This document shows positions 47,980 to 59,396 of a DNA stretch of 64,000 nt, one piece after another. The translations under genes were made by a program, and so were the position numbers. Under the pieces are notes generated by a model, which saw only the letters and a list, made by a program, of their open reading frames with translations, was not told the origin of the DNA and ran no database searches. Where the stretch lies: assembly GCA_963827235.1 (NCBI GenBank), contig CAWHAE010000016.1, forward strand, positions 128,001 to 192,000, in the 5' to 3' direction. Position 1 is the first letter of the stretch. Every line of letters begins with the position of its first letter. Source of the DNA: an uncultured bacterium. GTDB lineage: Bacteria > Chloroflexota > UBA5177 > JANWHV01.

Positions 47980-50706
47980 ATGACGCAAGAAGATGTTGGC
48001 GCGCCCCTGCGGCGCGATATTCGGCTGCTCGGCGAGCTGCTAGGACGGGTGATCATCCAGCAAGCCGGACCGGCGGTATTCGAACGTGAAGAAGAGCTTC
48101 GCGCGCTCTCCAAGGCCATGCGCAGCGGTGACAGTCCAGGCAGCGAGGCGCGGGTGCTCGAGATCGTGCAGCACACGCCACTCGAGGATGCTGAGCCGCT
48201 TATCCGTGCCTTCGCGATCTACTTCCAGCTTGTCAACGTGTGCGAGCAGGTACACAGGATCAGGCGGCGCCGCCACTACCTGCTCGACGAGGCCGCGCCG
48301 CCGCAGCGCGAGTCGTTCGAGGAAGCGGTGCTCAAGCTGAAGGCGCGAGGCGCCTCCAGCGCCGATGTTGCGGTCGCCATCGATCAGCTGGCCATCGAGC
48401 TGGTGCTAACCGCGCACCCTACTGAGCCAACCCGCGATTCAGCCCTGCGAAAGCACATACAGATTGCCGAGTGCCTCACGGCACTCGACTCGCCGGTCCT
48501 CACCAGCGAGGAGCGTGAGTCCCTCATGCTGCGACTCCACCAGCTTGTCCTCCTGCTCTGGCAGACCGAGGAGATTCGCCGGCGACCTCCAGAGGTGCTG
48601 GATGAGGTCAAGTCGTCCCTCTTCTACGTCGAGAACACGCTGTTCGACGAGGTGCCGGCGCTGTTCTCGCGTTGCGAGCGGATACTGAGCCGCGTCTACC
48701 CGGACCACGATTGGCGCGTCCCGGCATACCTCCGCTTCGCGAGCTGGATCGGCGGCGACGCCGACGGGAATCCCTCGGTGACCGTCGCTGTGACGAAGGA
48801 AACGCTGATCTTGCAGAAGACACTGGCGGTGAGGCTGTACCGCGATGCCATCAAGGGGCTGGCGAACGAGTTCAGCCAGACGGACCGGTTCGCTCAAGTG
48901 TCTCATGAGCTGGTGAGCTCGTTTGAGCGGGATGCCGAGATCATGCCCGTGACGACCGAGCTCGTGGCGATGCGCGGACAACACGAGCCGTATCGGCGGA
49001 AATGCACGCACATCTGGCACCGGCTCGTCGATTCCGAGGCGGCCTTGAATGGACAACCGGCAGAGGCGCCGTACACCTCAACCGATGAGCTTCTCACCGA
49101 TCTTCGTGCCGTCGAGTCCAGCCTGCGCGACACCGGCAACGCAATTCTCGTCGACGGTGCCTTGCGGACGCTCATCTACCAGGTGGAGGCATTCGGGCTC
49201 CACCTGCTGCCGCTCGACCTGCGGCAGCACAGCGCGAACCTTGCCGCCGCCGTGGCCTGGTGCGTCGACCAAGCGCTCCACGTCGACTATCTGCACCTGG
49301 ACGACGAGGGACGCCTCAGGGCGCTTCGACGGTCTGCCGCCGAGGGCATCGCGATCGGTCCGCGGGAGACTTCACCGCCGGCGGTCGCCAACGAGCTTGA
49401 CATTGGCGGGCTCATCAACTGGGCGCGCTGTGCGATCGGCGAGCAGGCGATATCCTCCGTGATCATCAGCATGGCCCACTCTGCCAGCGACATCCTGGGC
49501 ACGCTCGCGCTGTGCGGTTTCGCGCCTAGACTGCAGATCGTCCCCCTGTTTGAGACCATAGAGGATCTGCGAAGAGCGCCGCAGCTGATCCGGCAGGTCT
49601 TCCGCGAGCCGCTCTATCGCAAGCACCTAGCGACGTGCGACGATCGGCAGCGAATCATGCTGGGCTATTCAGACAGCAGCAAGGACGGCGGCTACCTGAC
49701 TTCGACGTGGGAGCTCTATAAGGCGCAGGAAGCCCTGCAGGCTGCCGCTCAAGCCGAGGGAATTGAGCTCGAGCTATTCCACGGCCGTGGCGGCACCGTA
49801 GGGCGCGGCGGCGGGCCCGCTTACCAGGCGATCCTGGCCCAGCCGCCCGACACCGTGCGCGGCCGGCTCCGCTTCACGGAGCAGGGAGAGATGATCAACC
49901 TGAAGTACGGCCTTCCTGCCATAGCACTGCGAAACCTGGACAGTGCGGCCGCGGCGACGCTGCTGGCGACGAGCCCCTTCGGCCATGCTGCCGACAAGCG
50001 GGACGCTGAGTGGCTCGATCTGATGGAACGGCTCTCGCGCTGTGCGTTCTCCGCCTACCGGCACCTGATCGAGCAGCCGGGCTTCCAGCAATATCTGCAT
50101 GAGGCAACGCCGCTCGAGCTGATCGGGCGCCTCAACATCGGCTCGCGGCCGGCTCGCCGCCATTCAGGCGCCGACCTGGCCGATCTGCGGGCCATACCCT
50201 GGGTATTTGCCTGGATGCAGAGCAGGCACACGCTTCCGGGCTGGTTCGGCCTCGGCAGCGCACTGAGCGATGCGATCCGAGCGGACGCCGGCAACGAGGG
50301 GACCCTGAGAAACATGTACGTCCGCTGGCCGTTCTTCCGCACGCTGGTAGACAACGCGATGATGGCCATGTCCAAGGCCGACATCCACATTGCGGCGCAC
50401 TACAGTGGCTTGGTACGGAACCAGACACTCGCGCAGCGACTGTTCAAGATCATCGCCGGCGAACACCGGTTGTCGGAGCGCATGGTCTTGCGCATCACCG
50501 GCCTGTCCCGCCTGCTCGAGAACTCGCCGGTTCTCCAGGCCTCTATCACCCGTCGCAACCCGTACGTCGACCCGCTCAGCTTTCTACAGGTAGAGTTGCT
50601 GCGAAGGCTGCGGAGCCACGCCGGGTCGCCGGAGGAACGCGAGATCGCGCGCATCGTGCAGCTCACCATTGGTGGAATCGCCGCGGGCCTGCGCAACACG
50701 GGCTAG
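47980..50706 (+). CDS. ppc: phosphoenolpyruvate carboxylase
   Basis: LTAHPTE, SWIGGDADGNP, PLFET, MLGYSDSSKDGG, FHGRGG, LRAIPWVF, GLRNTG. Confidence 0.98.
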   Translation: MTQEDVGAPLRRDIRLLGELLGRVIIQQAGPAVFEREEELRALSKAMRSGDSPGSEARVLEIVQHTPLEDAEPLIRAFAIYFQLVNVCEQVHRIRRRRHYLLDEAAPPQRESFEEAVLKLKARGASSADVAVAIDQLAIELVLTAHPTEPTRDSALRKHIQIAECLTALDSPVLTSEERESLMLRLHQLVLLLWQTEEIRRRPPEVLDEVKSSLFYVENTLFDEVPALFSRCERILSRVYPDHDWRVPAYLRFASWIGGDADGNPSVTVAVTKETLILQKTLAVRLYRDAIKGLANEFSQTDRFAQVSHELVSSFERDAEIMPVTTELVAMRGQHEPYRRKCTHIWHRLVDSEAALNGQPAEAPYTSTDELLTDLRAVESSLRDTGNAILVDGALRTLIYQVEAFGLHLLPLDLRQHSANLAAAVAWCVDQALHVDYLHLDDEGRLRALRRSAAEGIAIGPRETSPPAVANELDIGGLINWARCAIGEQAISSVIISMAHSASDILGTLALCGFAPRLQIVPLFETIEDLRRAPQLIRQVFREPLYRKHLATCDDRQRIMLGYSDSSKDGGYLTSTWELYKAQEALQAAAQAEGIELELFHGRGGTVGRGGGPAYQAILAQPPDTVRGRLRFTEQGEMINLKYGLPAIALRNLDSAAAATLLATSPFGHAADKRDAEWLDLMERLSRCAFSAYRHLIEQPGFQQYLHEATPLELIGRLNIGSRPARRHSGADLADLRAIPWVFAWMQSRHTLPGWFGLGSALSDAIRADAGNEGTLRNMYVRWPFFRTLVDNAMMAMSKADIHIAAHYSGLVRNQTLAQRLFKIIAGEHRLSERMVLRITGLSRLLENSPVLQASITRRNPYVDPLSFLQVELLRRLRSHAGSPEEREIARIVQLTIGGIAAGLRNTG

Positions 50707-50744
50707 GCGACGCGCGGCACGATCGGGCGGCAGCCGACAAACGT

Positions 50745-51506
50745 CTACTTCTTGCGCCTGAATTCTCCAAGGCGCCTGCGCACGACGTAGGAGAACGCCT
50801 CGACCACGATGTGCTGCGACATCTTGGATTGGCCGAGGCGGCGGTCCGGAAACACGATCGGAAACTCGCCGATTCGGAAGCCTGCTTTGTACGCCTGAAA
50901 CACGGTCTCGATCTGGAAAGCGTAGCCTTGCAGGTTGATGCGGTCGAGGTCGAACGCCGCCAGAACAGACCTGCGATAGCACTTGAAACCGGCCGTGCAG
51001 TCCCTCACCGGAAGACGGAGCACGTTCCGGGCGAACACGTTACCGCCTCCGCTGATGATGCGCCGGACGAGGCGCCAGTCGGGCGTAGCTCCACCGGCGA
51101 CATAGCGCGAGCCAATCACAAGGTCATAGCTCTCGGCCATCGCCAGGAGGTCGGGAAGGTACTTCGGATTGTGCGAGAAGTCGGCGTCCATCTCGAACAC
51201 GCACGTGAAGTCGCTCTCAAGGGCAAACCGGAAGCCGGCGATGTAGGCTGTACCCAGGCCAAGCTTGCCCGGCCGGTGCATCACGTGAATGCCGCCCAGC
51301 TTCGCGCTGAGCTCCTCGGCAAGCCGGCCCGTGCCGTCGGGAGAATGGTCGTCGATGATGAGAATCTCGACCTTGGGGAGGCTGTCCCTGACCGCCTGAA
51401 CAATCGCTTCGAGGTTCTCGCGCTCGTTATACGTGGGGATGACGACTAGGGGCCGGCGCGTCACGGGAACAAACTGATCGTCTGTCGTCGATTGGGCGCC
51501 CTGCAT
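50745..51506 (-). CDS. polyprenol-phosphate mannosyltransferase (Ppm1/DPM1-like GT2)
   Basis: IPTYNE, DDHSPDGT, GLGTAY, EMDADFSH, GSRY, GYAFQIE. Confidence 0.92.
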   Translation of the reverse strand: MQGAQSTTDDQFVPVTRRPLVVIPTYNERENLEAIVQAVRDSLPKVEILIIDDHSPDGTGRLAEELSAKLGGIHVMHRPGKLGLGTAYIAGFRFALESDFTCVFEMDADFSHNPKYLPDLLAMAESYDLVIGSRYVAGGATPDWRLVRRIISGGGNVFARNVLRLPVRDCTAGFKCYRRSVLAAFDLDRINLQGYAFQIETVFQAYKAGFRIGEFPIVFPDRRLGQSKMSQHIVVEAFSYVVRRRLGEFRRKK

Positions 51507-51547
51507 CTTCTGCTTGTCTATCCTACCCGCTACACACGTACCACGGT

Positions 51548-51576
51548 AGTGTACGAACCCAAAACTTGAGAGTCAA
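51548..51576 (-). promoter_or_regulatory. sigma70-type promoter of the Ppm1-like gene
   Basis: TTGACT, 17-nt spacer, TACACT on the minus strand. Confidence 0.65.
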
Positions 51577-51771
51577 GCGTGCGACGGCTATTGACGTCAC
51601 GAAGCGATCGGTGCCACGTTGTATTGAAGCGTCGAGATGCCGCGGTCGGGACGGACGGCGTAGCGGCATACGATGGGCGAGGATGCCCAGCTATTTACAA
51701 CGTATGTGCCCAGTGTTACAGTACGCGAGAATGCTGGCTATCTAGAGCCAACGTGCTTTAGAGGTGTGTGT

Positions 51772-54700
51772 GTGACCAGGGAGCGACCGTCGCGAGCACG
51801 TTCGGGCATCAGACGCCTGATCGTTGCCCTAGCAGTAGTTCTGGTGCTGGCCCCTCGCAGTCCATCCTTAACGCAACCTAGGCTCTACGCGGCTGCGGAC
51901 CCACTGCAGTCGCTTACCCATCCCACCACGGCCGACCTGCAGAGGGCGTTTGCCGCGGTCGGCACGGGCCATCTGCCTTCCGACTACCCTTCCACGGTGA
52001 GAGACGGTCTCGTTCCCACCACGTTGCTCGAGGCGGTAGCATGGGCGGAGAGCAAGTGGCGCCAGTACGACAGCAAGAACAAGCCGCTGGTCAGCGCCGA
52101 CGGCGGTTACGGCATCATGCAGGTGACGACCGGCATGGCGCCCGGCCAGCTCCCAAAGGGAATCCAGTCGGCCATAGCCAACAATCTGCTCTACAACGTG
52201 GGCTTCGGGGCGCAGGTCTTGATGCAGAAGCTCCATCTCACGCCAAGAATCGGCAACGGCGATCCGTCGGTGCTCGAGCACTGGTACTACGCGCTCTGGG
52301 CATACAACGCCTGGGGATGGGGCAACAACCCTACCAATCCCCAGTACACGCGGGTCGGTACACCGGACAGCAGCCCCTGGGCGTATCCGTATCAGGAGCG
52401 GATTTTCTACTATGTCGCGCATCCTCCCCAAGGTGCGGACGGGCGTCCCCTCTGGAAGGCGATACCGGTGGTGCCGCCATCGGCGAAAGCAATCGGGGCT
52501 GACCCCGGGCGGCTACCCGAGGTCGCCCACCCGCACAAGGACTCCGCGCCGCCGGCGACCAACCTGGCCATGCAATCCGAACGCGGCGCCAGGTTCATCG
52601 CCGACCTCACAATCCGGGACGGCACCGTGCTACAGCCGGGTCAACGCTTCAGCAAGACGTGGCGACTGCAGAACGACGGCACCGTCACGTGGGGAACGGG
52701 ATTCCGGCTGATGCCCGCCGGCGGTCCCGACCTCGGTTCGGACGCAGGGGTAGCAGTGGGAGTAACTCCTCCGTTGGCCACCGTCGACGTCGCGGTGGGC
52801 CTCGTGGCGCCGAACGTGGCCGGCAAATACAGAGAATACTGGCAAATGGTGGGTACAAACGGCCAGGGGTTCGGCACTCGCGTATGGGTGAGCATAGTGG
52901 TCGCCCAGGGTAAGTCCCCTGCAGGCACGGCTGCCGGCAGTGGTACCGCGACACCAATCGGGTCCTCTGTTTCGCACGATCCTGCATTGCCGACCGGAAC
53001 CATCGTCAAGCGCGGTGCCACTCCGGTGTTGAGACTGTCGCGGGCTTCCGATATCCAGCAGCTCCAGATAGCGAGTGACAGCGGTGACGGTTCTGCGTAC
53101 GCCGGTGATGTCACCATCCCGGACGGCACGGTACTGGCGCCGGGCGCACACTTCACGAAGTCCTGGCGCCTGAAGAACGTCGGCACGACGACCTGGAAGT
53201 CAGGCTACACGTGGCGTTTTCAGGCCGGGACGCTGATGTCCTCGCGCACATCGATCGCGGTACCTCAGACCGCGCCGGGCGCTACGGCGATCGTTAGCGT
53301 GCCGATGGCGGCGCCTTCGGCGACCGGCGTATACACTAGCTTCTGGCAGATGGCCAATCCCGCCGGCCGGTTCTTTCCCCACCAGGCGTGGGTGAACATC
53401 GTGGTCAAGGCCGGAGCACGTGTCGCGCCTACGCAGACACCGACCGCAACCGAGACGCCTACGGCCACGTTAGCGGCGACTATTCCTCCTGCAACCGCGC
53501 CCGCCACTGCTCCACGGAACGCGCAGCCCACCCAGGTAATCGCCGGCGGCGACGGCCGGCTGGTAGCGTCGCCGTGGGTCGGCGCCCTGGCCTACAAGAC
53601 GTACTTCTCCTTCGGTTCAACGGCCGGATCGATGCTCGAATCGATCGGTGTCTACTATCCGGGCACCGGGCTGACGCACGTGCGCTTGACACTGTACCGA
53701 CCGGATGCGGCCGAGCGTGAGCTTCAGTTCAGCCTTGCCGGCGGTGACAAGCGCGTGTTCGCCTTGAGCCGTATTGCGCCCAGCACCGGGCTCTCGGTCG
53801 CGGTAGAGGCCGACCGGCGCGTGGTGGCGGAGCGCGTGGATACATCGACGACGGGTATCATGGCAAACCCTGCCGTGGCGGCTACCGGCCGCTCATGGCT
53901 CTTCCCTGCCATACCCGGCGGAGCACCGCCGGACCAGCAGCTGGTGCTGTTCAACCCGCAGGATGCACCGGCGACGGTACATCTCCATGTTGGCGTGCTG
54001 TCCGGAGGCTGCTGCGCCGCGGACCTCACGTTTGACGTGCCGCCGAACGAGCAGTATGTGTACGACCTCGGCAGATCGCCGAGCCGCCGGGGACCGCTTT
54101 CCCTGCAGGCCGGTGAGGCGGTGGCGGTAGAACGGCTCGCCGTCTCGGGCACGATGTCGTCGATACTGGGCATCCCTGGAACGACCGCCGCGGCGCGAAC
54201 GTGGTACGTGCCTGAAGTGCACGGCGGATCGAACGGCATGGTCACGCTCTATAATCCCGGGAGCACGGCCGCACTGGTAACGATTCGTACCGCACTTACC
54301 GTGGGCAGTGGGCCCTGGCTCCGCCGCAGCATACCGGCGCGCGTCGAAGTGCGCATTCCGGTCTCCTCGCTGACGTCCGCCTCCAGGGTGTCGGCCCAGA
54401 TCGATGCCACTTCGGCCATCGTCGCAGGCAGTGAATGGCAGGATGGCACCCCGCTGCCTGTTGTAGATGTTGGGTGTCTGACCGCCGCGAACCAGTGGTC
54501 GATAATCGGCGGCCTAGGCGGAAGCTCGACCTCCGATTCGCTGTCCATCTTCAACTCTTCTGCGCGCGCGTCCCCCGTATCCATCCGGGTGCAGGCTCGG
54601 CGGTGGCAAGGCGACGACCCTGTTGTCGATCGTCGTACCCGCTCATGGACGCTACTCGCAGAGCCTTGCCGGTCGAAGCGCAGCAGGTAACGCGATCATC

Positions 54701-54799
54701 GCTGTGACGTCGGCGCAGCCCGTGACGGTAGCCCATACGGTAGTCGACGGCAGCAGCGTGGCGGTCTCACCGGCGGCGATCGTCTCCGGTTCGCCGTAG
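51772..54799 (+). CDS. large secreted protein: lytic transglycosylase-like domain + 2 NBR1-Ig(FW)-like domains + DUF5719-like repeats; frameshift near 54595
   Basis: Signal peptide; AWAES/GIMQV/WAYN; two DxTIxDG..F.K.W.L.N.G...W modules; Thr/Pro/Ala linker. The main frame stops at 54690 while the +1 frame continues the repeat to TAG at 54797-54799. Confidence 0.82.
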
Positions 54800-54806
54800 T
54801 ATCCGC

Positions 54807-55574
54807 ATGATTCAGGCTGTCGTGGCTCCCATCCTTCTCGGCGTCGCAGGAGCCGCCTCCGGCGTTGGAATCGCCGGCATGTCCACGCAGTTCACACGCG
54901 ACAGGTCGTTGTGGCCGATGCCCATCTGCTCAGGCTGCGGCTGCGCGCGATGGAGGAGACTGATCCCGATTGCGGGCCCACTGCTAGACGAGACAACCTG
55001 TGGCTCATGCGGCGCCGAGCTGTCGCGCATGCCGGCACTCTTGGTGCAGATACTGGTGGCCGTGCTCTATGTCCTGCTGTACGAGCAGCTTGGTTTGTCC
55101 CTCAGGCTGGTGATTTCATGCGTCGAGACGGCGTTGCTGGTCTCGCTGGCCCTCGTGGATGCCCAGCAAAGGCTGATTCCGACACTGCTTGTGGGGCCGG
55201 CGATCGTGTTCGCGATCGCGGTGAGCCCGGCGTGGCCAAATCTCGGTTTCGTGCAAAGCCTGTTGGGCGGTGCCATAGGATTTGGATTGTTCCTTGCGCT
55301 GGCACTGTTTGCGCGGTTCGTGTTCGGCGAGGGAGCGCTCGGCGGCGGCGACGTGATGCTGGCCGGGCTAATCGGCGCCATGTGCGGCTATCCGCTGCTC
55401 ATACTCGCGCTTGCTGTGGGCGCGCTCTTCGGCGGCTTTGGTGCGGCCGCAGTGCTCGTGCTGAGGCGGTCGGCGTTCGGTACGGCGATACCGTATGGCC
55501 CATACCTCGTGGGCGGCGTCCTGTACGTCATGTTGAGCGGGTATCTCGTGCATTCGCCCTTTGCGATCCCGTAG
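54807..55574 (+). CDS. prepilin peptidase (A24) family
   Basis: CxxC...CxxC, LVDAQQRLIP, GGGDV, IPYGPYL; multiple TMs. Confidence 0.85.
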   Translation: MIQAVVAPILLGVAGAASGVGIAGMSTQFTRDRSLWPMPICSGCGCARWRRLIPIAGPLLDETTCGSCGAELSRMPALLVQILVAVLYVLLYEQLGLSLRLVISCVETALLVSLALVDAQQRLIPTLLVGPAIVFAIAVSPAWPNLGFVQSLLGGAIGFGLFLALALFARFVFGEGALGGGDVMLAGLIGAMCGYPLLILALAVGALFGGFGAAAVLVLRRSAFGTAIPYGPYLVGGVLYVMLSGYLVHSPFAIP

Positions 55575-56777
55575 ATGCGGAACCGTCCTCCTGTTGCGTT
55601 CTCGTTCTCTGTTGACGCCCGCTCGGGCCCGGCAGCCCGCGCGGGAACGCTTGTCACTCCGCACGGCACCGTTAAGACGCCGGTCTTCATGCCCGTGGGT
55701 ACGCACGCCACAGTGAAGTCGATCAGCCCGGACGAGCTGATCGATCTTGGCGCCCAGATCATCCTTGCCAACACCTACCATCTGTCCCTCCGTCCCGGCG
55801 CCGATCTGATCGCCGAGGTTGGCGGCCTGCATTCCTTCATGGCGTGGCACGGGCCGATCCTTACCGATAGCGGCGGCTTTCAGGTCTTCAGCCTCGGTCA
55901 CCTCCGCACGGTGGATGACGACGGGGTGACGTTCAGGTCGCACATCGACGGCTCGACCCATCGCTTCACGCCTGAGAGCGTCCAGAAACTTCAGGCCCAG
56001 ATCGGCTCCGACATCGCCATGCCTCTCGATCAGTGCATCGCACTGCCTGCCAGCCAGCAGTCCGCGGAGGAGTCGATCGAGCGCACCATCCGCTGGCTCG
56101 AGCGGAGCTTCGCGGCGCACGAGCGGGAGGACCAGGCACTGTTCGGCATCGTGCAGGGTGCGACGTTTGCCGACCTTCGTCTGCGTGCCGCGCGCCAGGT
56201 GCGCGCATTCGACCCGCCCGGATACGCCATTGGAGGTCTCAGCGTGGGCGAGCCAAAGCCGGACATGCACGCCATGCTAGAGCTCCTGCATGGCGAGCTG
56301 CCGCACGACAAGCCCCGATATCTGATGGGTGTCGGCGCCCCCGAAGACCTGGTCGAATGCGTGGCGCGCGGCGTCGACATGTTCGACGTGGTACTTCCAA
56401 CGCGGATAGCGCGCAATGGAACCCTACTGAGTCGAGAAGGCAGGATCAACCTACGCAATGCCAAGCATGCGCGCGACGGCCGGCCCGCCGATCCGGACTG
56501 TCGCTGCCCGACCTGCCGCACCTACTCGGTGGCCTACCTGCATCACCTCTTCCAGTGCGAAGAGCTGCTTGCCTATCGACTGGCCACACTGCACAACGTC
56601 TGGTTCATGACCAGCCTCATAGCCGCCATTCGCGAGAGTATCCTGCGAGATAGCTTCGAGACATTTCGCCGCGAGTTTCACGAGCGCTATCGTCCTCCGG
56701 ACAGGCAGGCGGCCGACGAGCAGCGAGCCAGGAGAAAGCCGAGCAGGCGACGCGCCGGGGACGTGGAGGAAGAATGA
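55575..56777 (+). CDS. tgt: queuine/preQ1 tRNA-ribosyltransferase
   Basis: TPVFMPVGT, NTYHL, TDSGGFQ, GIVQG, PRYLMGVG, CRCPTC. Confidence 0.97.
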   Translation: MRNRPPVAFSFSVDARSGPAARAGTLVTPHGTVKTPVFMPVGTHATVKSISPDELIDLGAQIILANTYHLSLRPGADLIAEVGGLHSFMAWHGPILTDSGGFQVFSLGHLRTVDDDGVTFRSHIDGSTHRFTPESVQKLQAQIGSDIAMPLDQCIALPASQQSAEESIERTIRWLERSFAAHEREDQALFGIVQGATFADLRLRAARQVRAFDPPGYAIGGLSVGEPKPDMHAMLELLHGELPHDKPRYLMGVGAPEDLVECVARGVDMFDVVLPTRIARNGTLLSREGRINLRNAKHARDGRPADPDCRCPTCRTYSVAYLHHLFQCEELLAYRLATLHNVWFMTSLIAAIRESILRDSFETFRREFHERYRPPDRQAADEQRARRKPSRRRAGDVEEE

Positions 56778-57064
56778 GCGGGACGAGGAGCAAGCGCATT
56801 CACGCAGTAGTAACAGGACGCGTGCAGAACGTCGGATTCAGAATGTGGGTTCTGAACAGGGCGGAAGCGCAGGGGCTCACAGGCTGGGTAAGAAACGCGA
56901 TCGATTCGCGCAAGGTGGAGCTGGAAGCACAGGGCGACGAGCACGCCGTCGACGACCTGGTGCGTGACCTCCACGAGGGTCCTCCCAGCGCGCGGGTCGT
57001 CTCGGTCGACGTCGATTCGCGCCCCCTGGACACGCACGACGACCACGCCTTTCACCTGCGCTAG
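56774..57064 (+). CDS. acyP: acylphosphatase
   Basis: GRVQNVGFR, GWVRN, GPPSARV. Confidence 0.92.
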   Translation: MSGTRSKRIHAVVTGRVQNVGFRMWVLNRAEAQGLTGWVRNAIDSRKVELEAQGDEHAVDDLVRDLHEGPPSARVVSVDVDSRPLDTHDDHAFHLR

Positions 57065-57311
57065 CGGCCGGCACACCGCCGCGGGCAGTCCTTACCGAAT
57101 CCGATTCCGCCTGCTCGGACTGGTGGAGTGCCTCTGGGACTCTCCGGCGCCGTGCACCATCATGGCGCCGGGCAGTAAATCTGCGTTCGTCAAAGATGTT
57201 AGCATTCGTTGGATATCTGCAGCACTGCTGAGTGCGCAGCGGACCGCCGTACTCGTGCGCTGGCATATCTGAAGCACGGCGTGCGGCCACACGGGGAGAA
57301 CGCCAAGAATC

Positions 57312-58727
57312 ATGCGACGCATCTGTGTTGCGGGTACCGGCTATGTCGGCTTGACCACCGGAACCTGTTTTGCCGACCTCGGAAATGACGTGACCTGTCT
57401 CGACGTGGACAACGCCAAAATAGCCGGACTCCGGCGCGGCGAGATGCCGATCTACGAGCCCGGCCTCTCCGAGCTGGTGGCGCACAACCAGGCTGCAGGT
57501 CGCCTGCGCTTCCTCGCAGAATCCGAGGAGGATGCGTACGAGCGTGCGCTCAACGAAGCAGAGTTCATCTTCATCGCCGTCAGTACCCCCACCTCTCCAG
57601 GATCCGATCGCGCGGATCTGAGCGCCGTGCGCGCCTGCGCGCGCCGCATCGCCCGCTCGCTGCGCAACCATACCGTGATCATTAACAAGAGTACGGTGCC
57701 GATTGGAGCGGGCGACTGGGTGGCGGCGATCATCGACAGGTACCGCTCCCCCGAGACCACGTTCTCAGTCGTCTCCAACCCTGAGTTCCTGCGCGAAGGC
57801 AGCGCCGTCGTCGACTTCATGCAACCGGATAGGGTTGTGCTGGGCTCAACCGATCGAGCGGCGGCAGAGAGCGTCGCGCAGCTCTACCTCACGCTGCGCT
57901 GTCGCGTCATGATCACCGATCTGCGCACGGCAGAGATGATCAAGTATGCCTCGAACGCCTTCCTCGCCACGAGCATATCGTTCATCAACGAGATTGGCCG
58001 CATCTGTGAGCGGCTCGGCGCGGACGTGAAGGAAGTTGCGGCGGGCATGGGCTACGACAAGCGCATCGGCGGCGCCTTCCTGGACGCCGGGCTCGGATTC
58101 GGCGGAAGCTGCTTCCCCAAGGACGTCAAGGCGCTTGCCCATATGGCCGACTTCAGCGGCTGCCATCCGCAACTGTTGCGGGCCGTGCTGGACATCAACT
58201 ACGACCAGCGTAGCTACGCGGTCGGTAAGATGGAGGAAGCGCTGGGAACGCTCGAGGGCAAGCACGTCGGCTTGCTCGGTCTGGCCTTCAAGCCCAACAC
58301 CGACGACATGCGAGAAGCCCCCTCGGTCGACATAGTGGCGCAGCTTCAGGCCGGTGGGGCATCGGTCGCAGTGTATGACCCACAGGCGCGAGAGACCTCC
58401 CGCAAAGCGATTCACGATGTTCGGTACGGCAAGGACGCCTATGACGTCGCGGCAGGCGCCGATGCCTTGATCCTGGTCACCGAGTGGCGTGAGTTCCGTG
58501 CCCTGGATCTCAAGCGTCTGCGCGCCCTGATGCGCACGCCGATATTCCTCGATGGACGCAACATCTACGATCCGGACACGGTACGTGCCGCCGGCTTTAG
58601 CTATCTCGGGATGGGTCGCGGCTACATACCTGAGCCGTTCGCAGGCGACATCGAGCAGGAGTTATACCTGATGCCGGACAACGACAGCGTGAACGGTACG
58701 ACCAACAAGGCCGGCGCGCTTGCCTAA
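57312..58727 (+). CDS. ugd: UDP-glucose/GDP-mannose 6-dehydrogenase
   Basis: [45 protein letters not shown]. Confidence 0.93.
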   Translation: MRRICVAGTGYVGLTTGTCFADLGNDVTCLDVDNAKIAGLRRGEMPIYEPGLSELVAHNQAAGRLRFLAESEEDAYERALNEAEFIFIAVSTPTSPGSDRADLSAVRACARRIARSLRNHTVIINKSTVPIGAGDWVAAIIDRYRSPETTFSVVSNPEFLREGSAVVDFMQPDRVVLGSTDRAAAESVAQLYLTLRCRVMITDLRTAEMIKYASNAFLATSISFINEIGRICERLGADVKEVAAGMGYDKRIGGAFLDAGLGFGGSCFPKDVKALAHMADFSGCHPQLLRAVLDINYDQRSYAVGKMEEALGTLEGKHVGLLGLAFKPNTDDMREAPSVDIVAQLQAGGASVAVYDPQARETSRKAIHDVRYGKDAYDVAAGADALILVTEWREFRALDLKRLRALMRTPIFLDGRNIYDPDTVRAAGFSYLGMGRGYIPEPFAGDIEQELYLMPDNDSVNGTTNKAGALA

Positions 58728-59396
58728 CAAGCGCGTGCCCCGGCTCGCCTGGCCGACAGGCCCTGCGCGGTGGGAGTGCCCTGAGGCACGCCTTCGCGGC
58801 GCCTAAGACAGCGAGGAACCGACCCGGTCGCGTCGTGCGAGATGCCGCCGACCGGACCGGTGACACGAGTATCGGCGGGGTGCCATCGTCCGCGCCCGCA
58901 TTGGCCGACCGCTGCGCACAGCACTCGGATCGCCGCGGCGCGCCTTTGGCTCTGCGTCCGAGGCGCCGGCACGCCCAGGGCCCGGCCGCCATGCCGGCGC
59001 TCTGGGCGACGGCGTCCCCAGCGCACGATGAAGAGGCGGCGCCCGCCAGTCTGCAGGAGCCGCGCGAGCCTCGTAGTAGAGCGCTTCAGACCTGCCTCAT
59101 GGGCCGGGTCGGGGAGCCCCCGGAGGCAAGGCCAGGCAGCCGCGGAACCAGACGAACGCCCCTTTCGTCAAGCCACTTATCGTGATCTGGCAGGTTATGG
59201 ATCCTTAACGTGGTCTCAACGCTGTAATAACATTCCCAGCCTACGATGATAGTGCGTCGAGGACGGAGCGAATTCCACCTTCGACAGAAATGTGACAGAG
59301 TACTTGTTGAAAGGACCGTCGGAGGCGACCGCCGAGCCCAAGACCCAGGGCCTTCGCCCAACCGCATTCGGTCACAGTCGAAGTGAGGTAACGACC

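Noticed and set aside
51764-51774. (GT)n tract between SD and start as a phase-variation site
   Set aside because: Only about 5 units, too short to support slippage.
51772-51850. Possible type IV prepilin cleavage site (RSG|IRRL) in the protein upstream of the prepilin peptidase
   Set aside because: There is no Glu at +5 and charged residues follow the Gly; it fits an ordinary Sec signal.
57250-57305. ZTP-riboswitch-like CTGGC...CAC.GGGGAG upstream of ugd
   Set aside because: The GACTGGCG core and 3' CGCCTGGG pseudoknot partner are missing; GGGGAG is just the SD.
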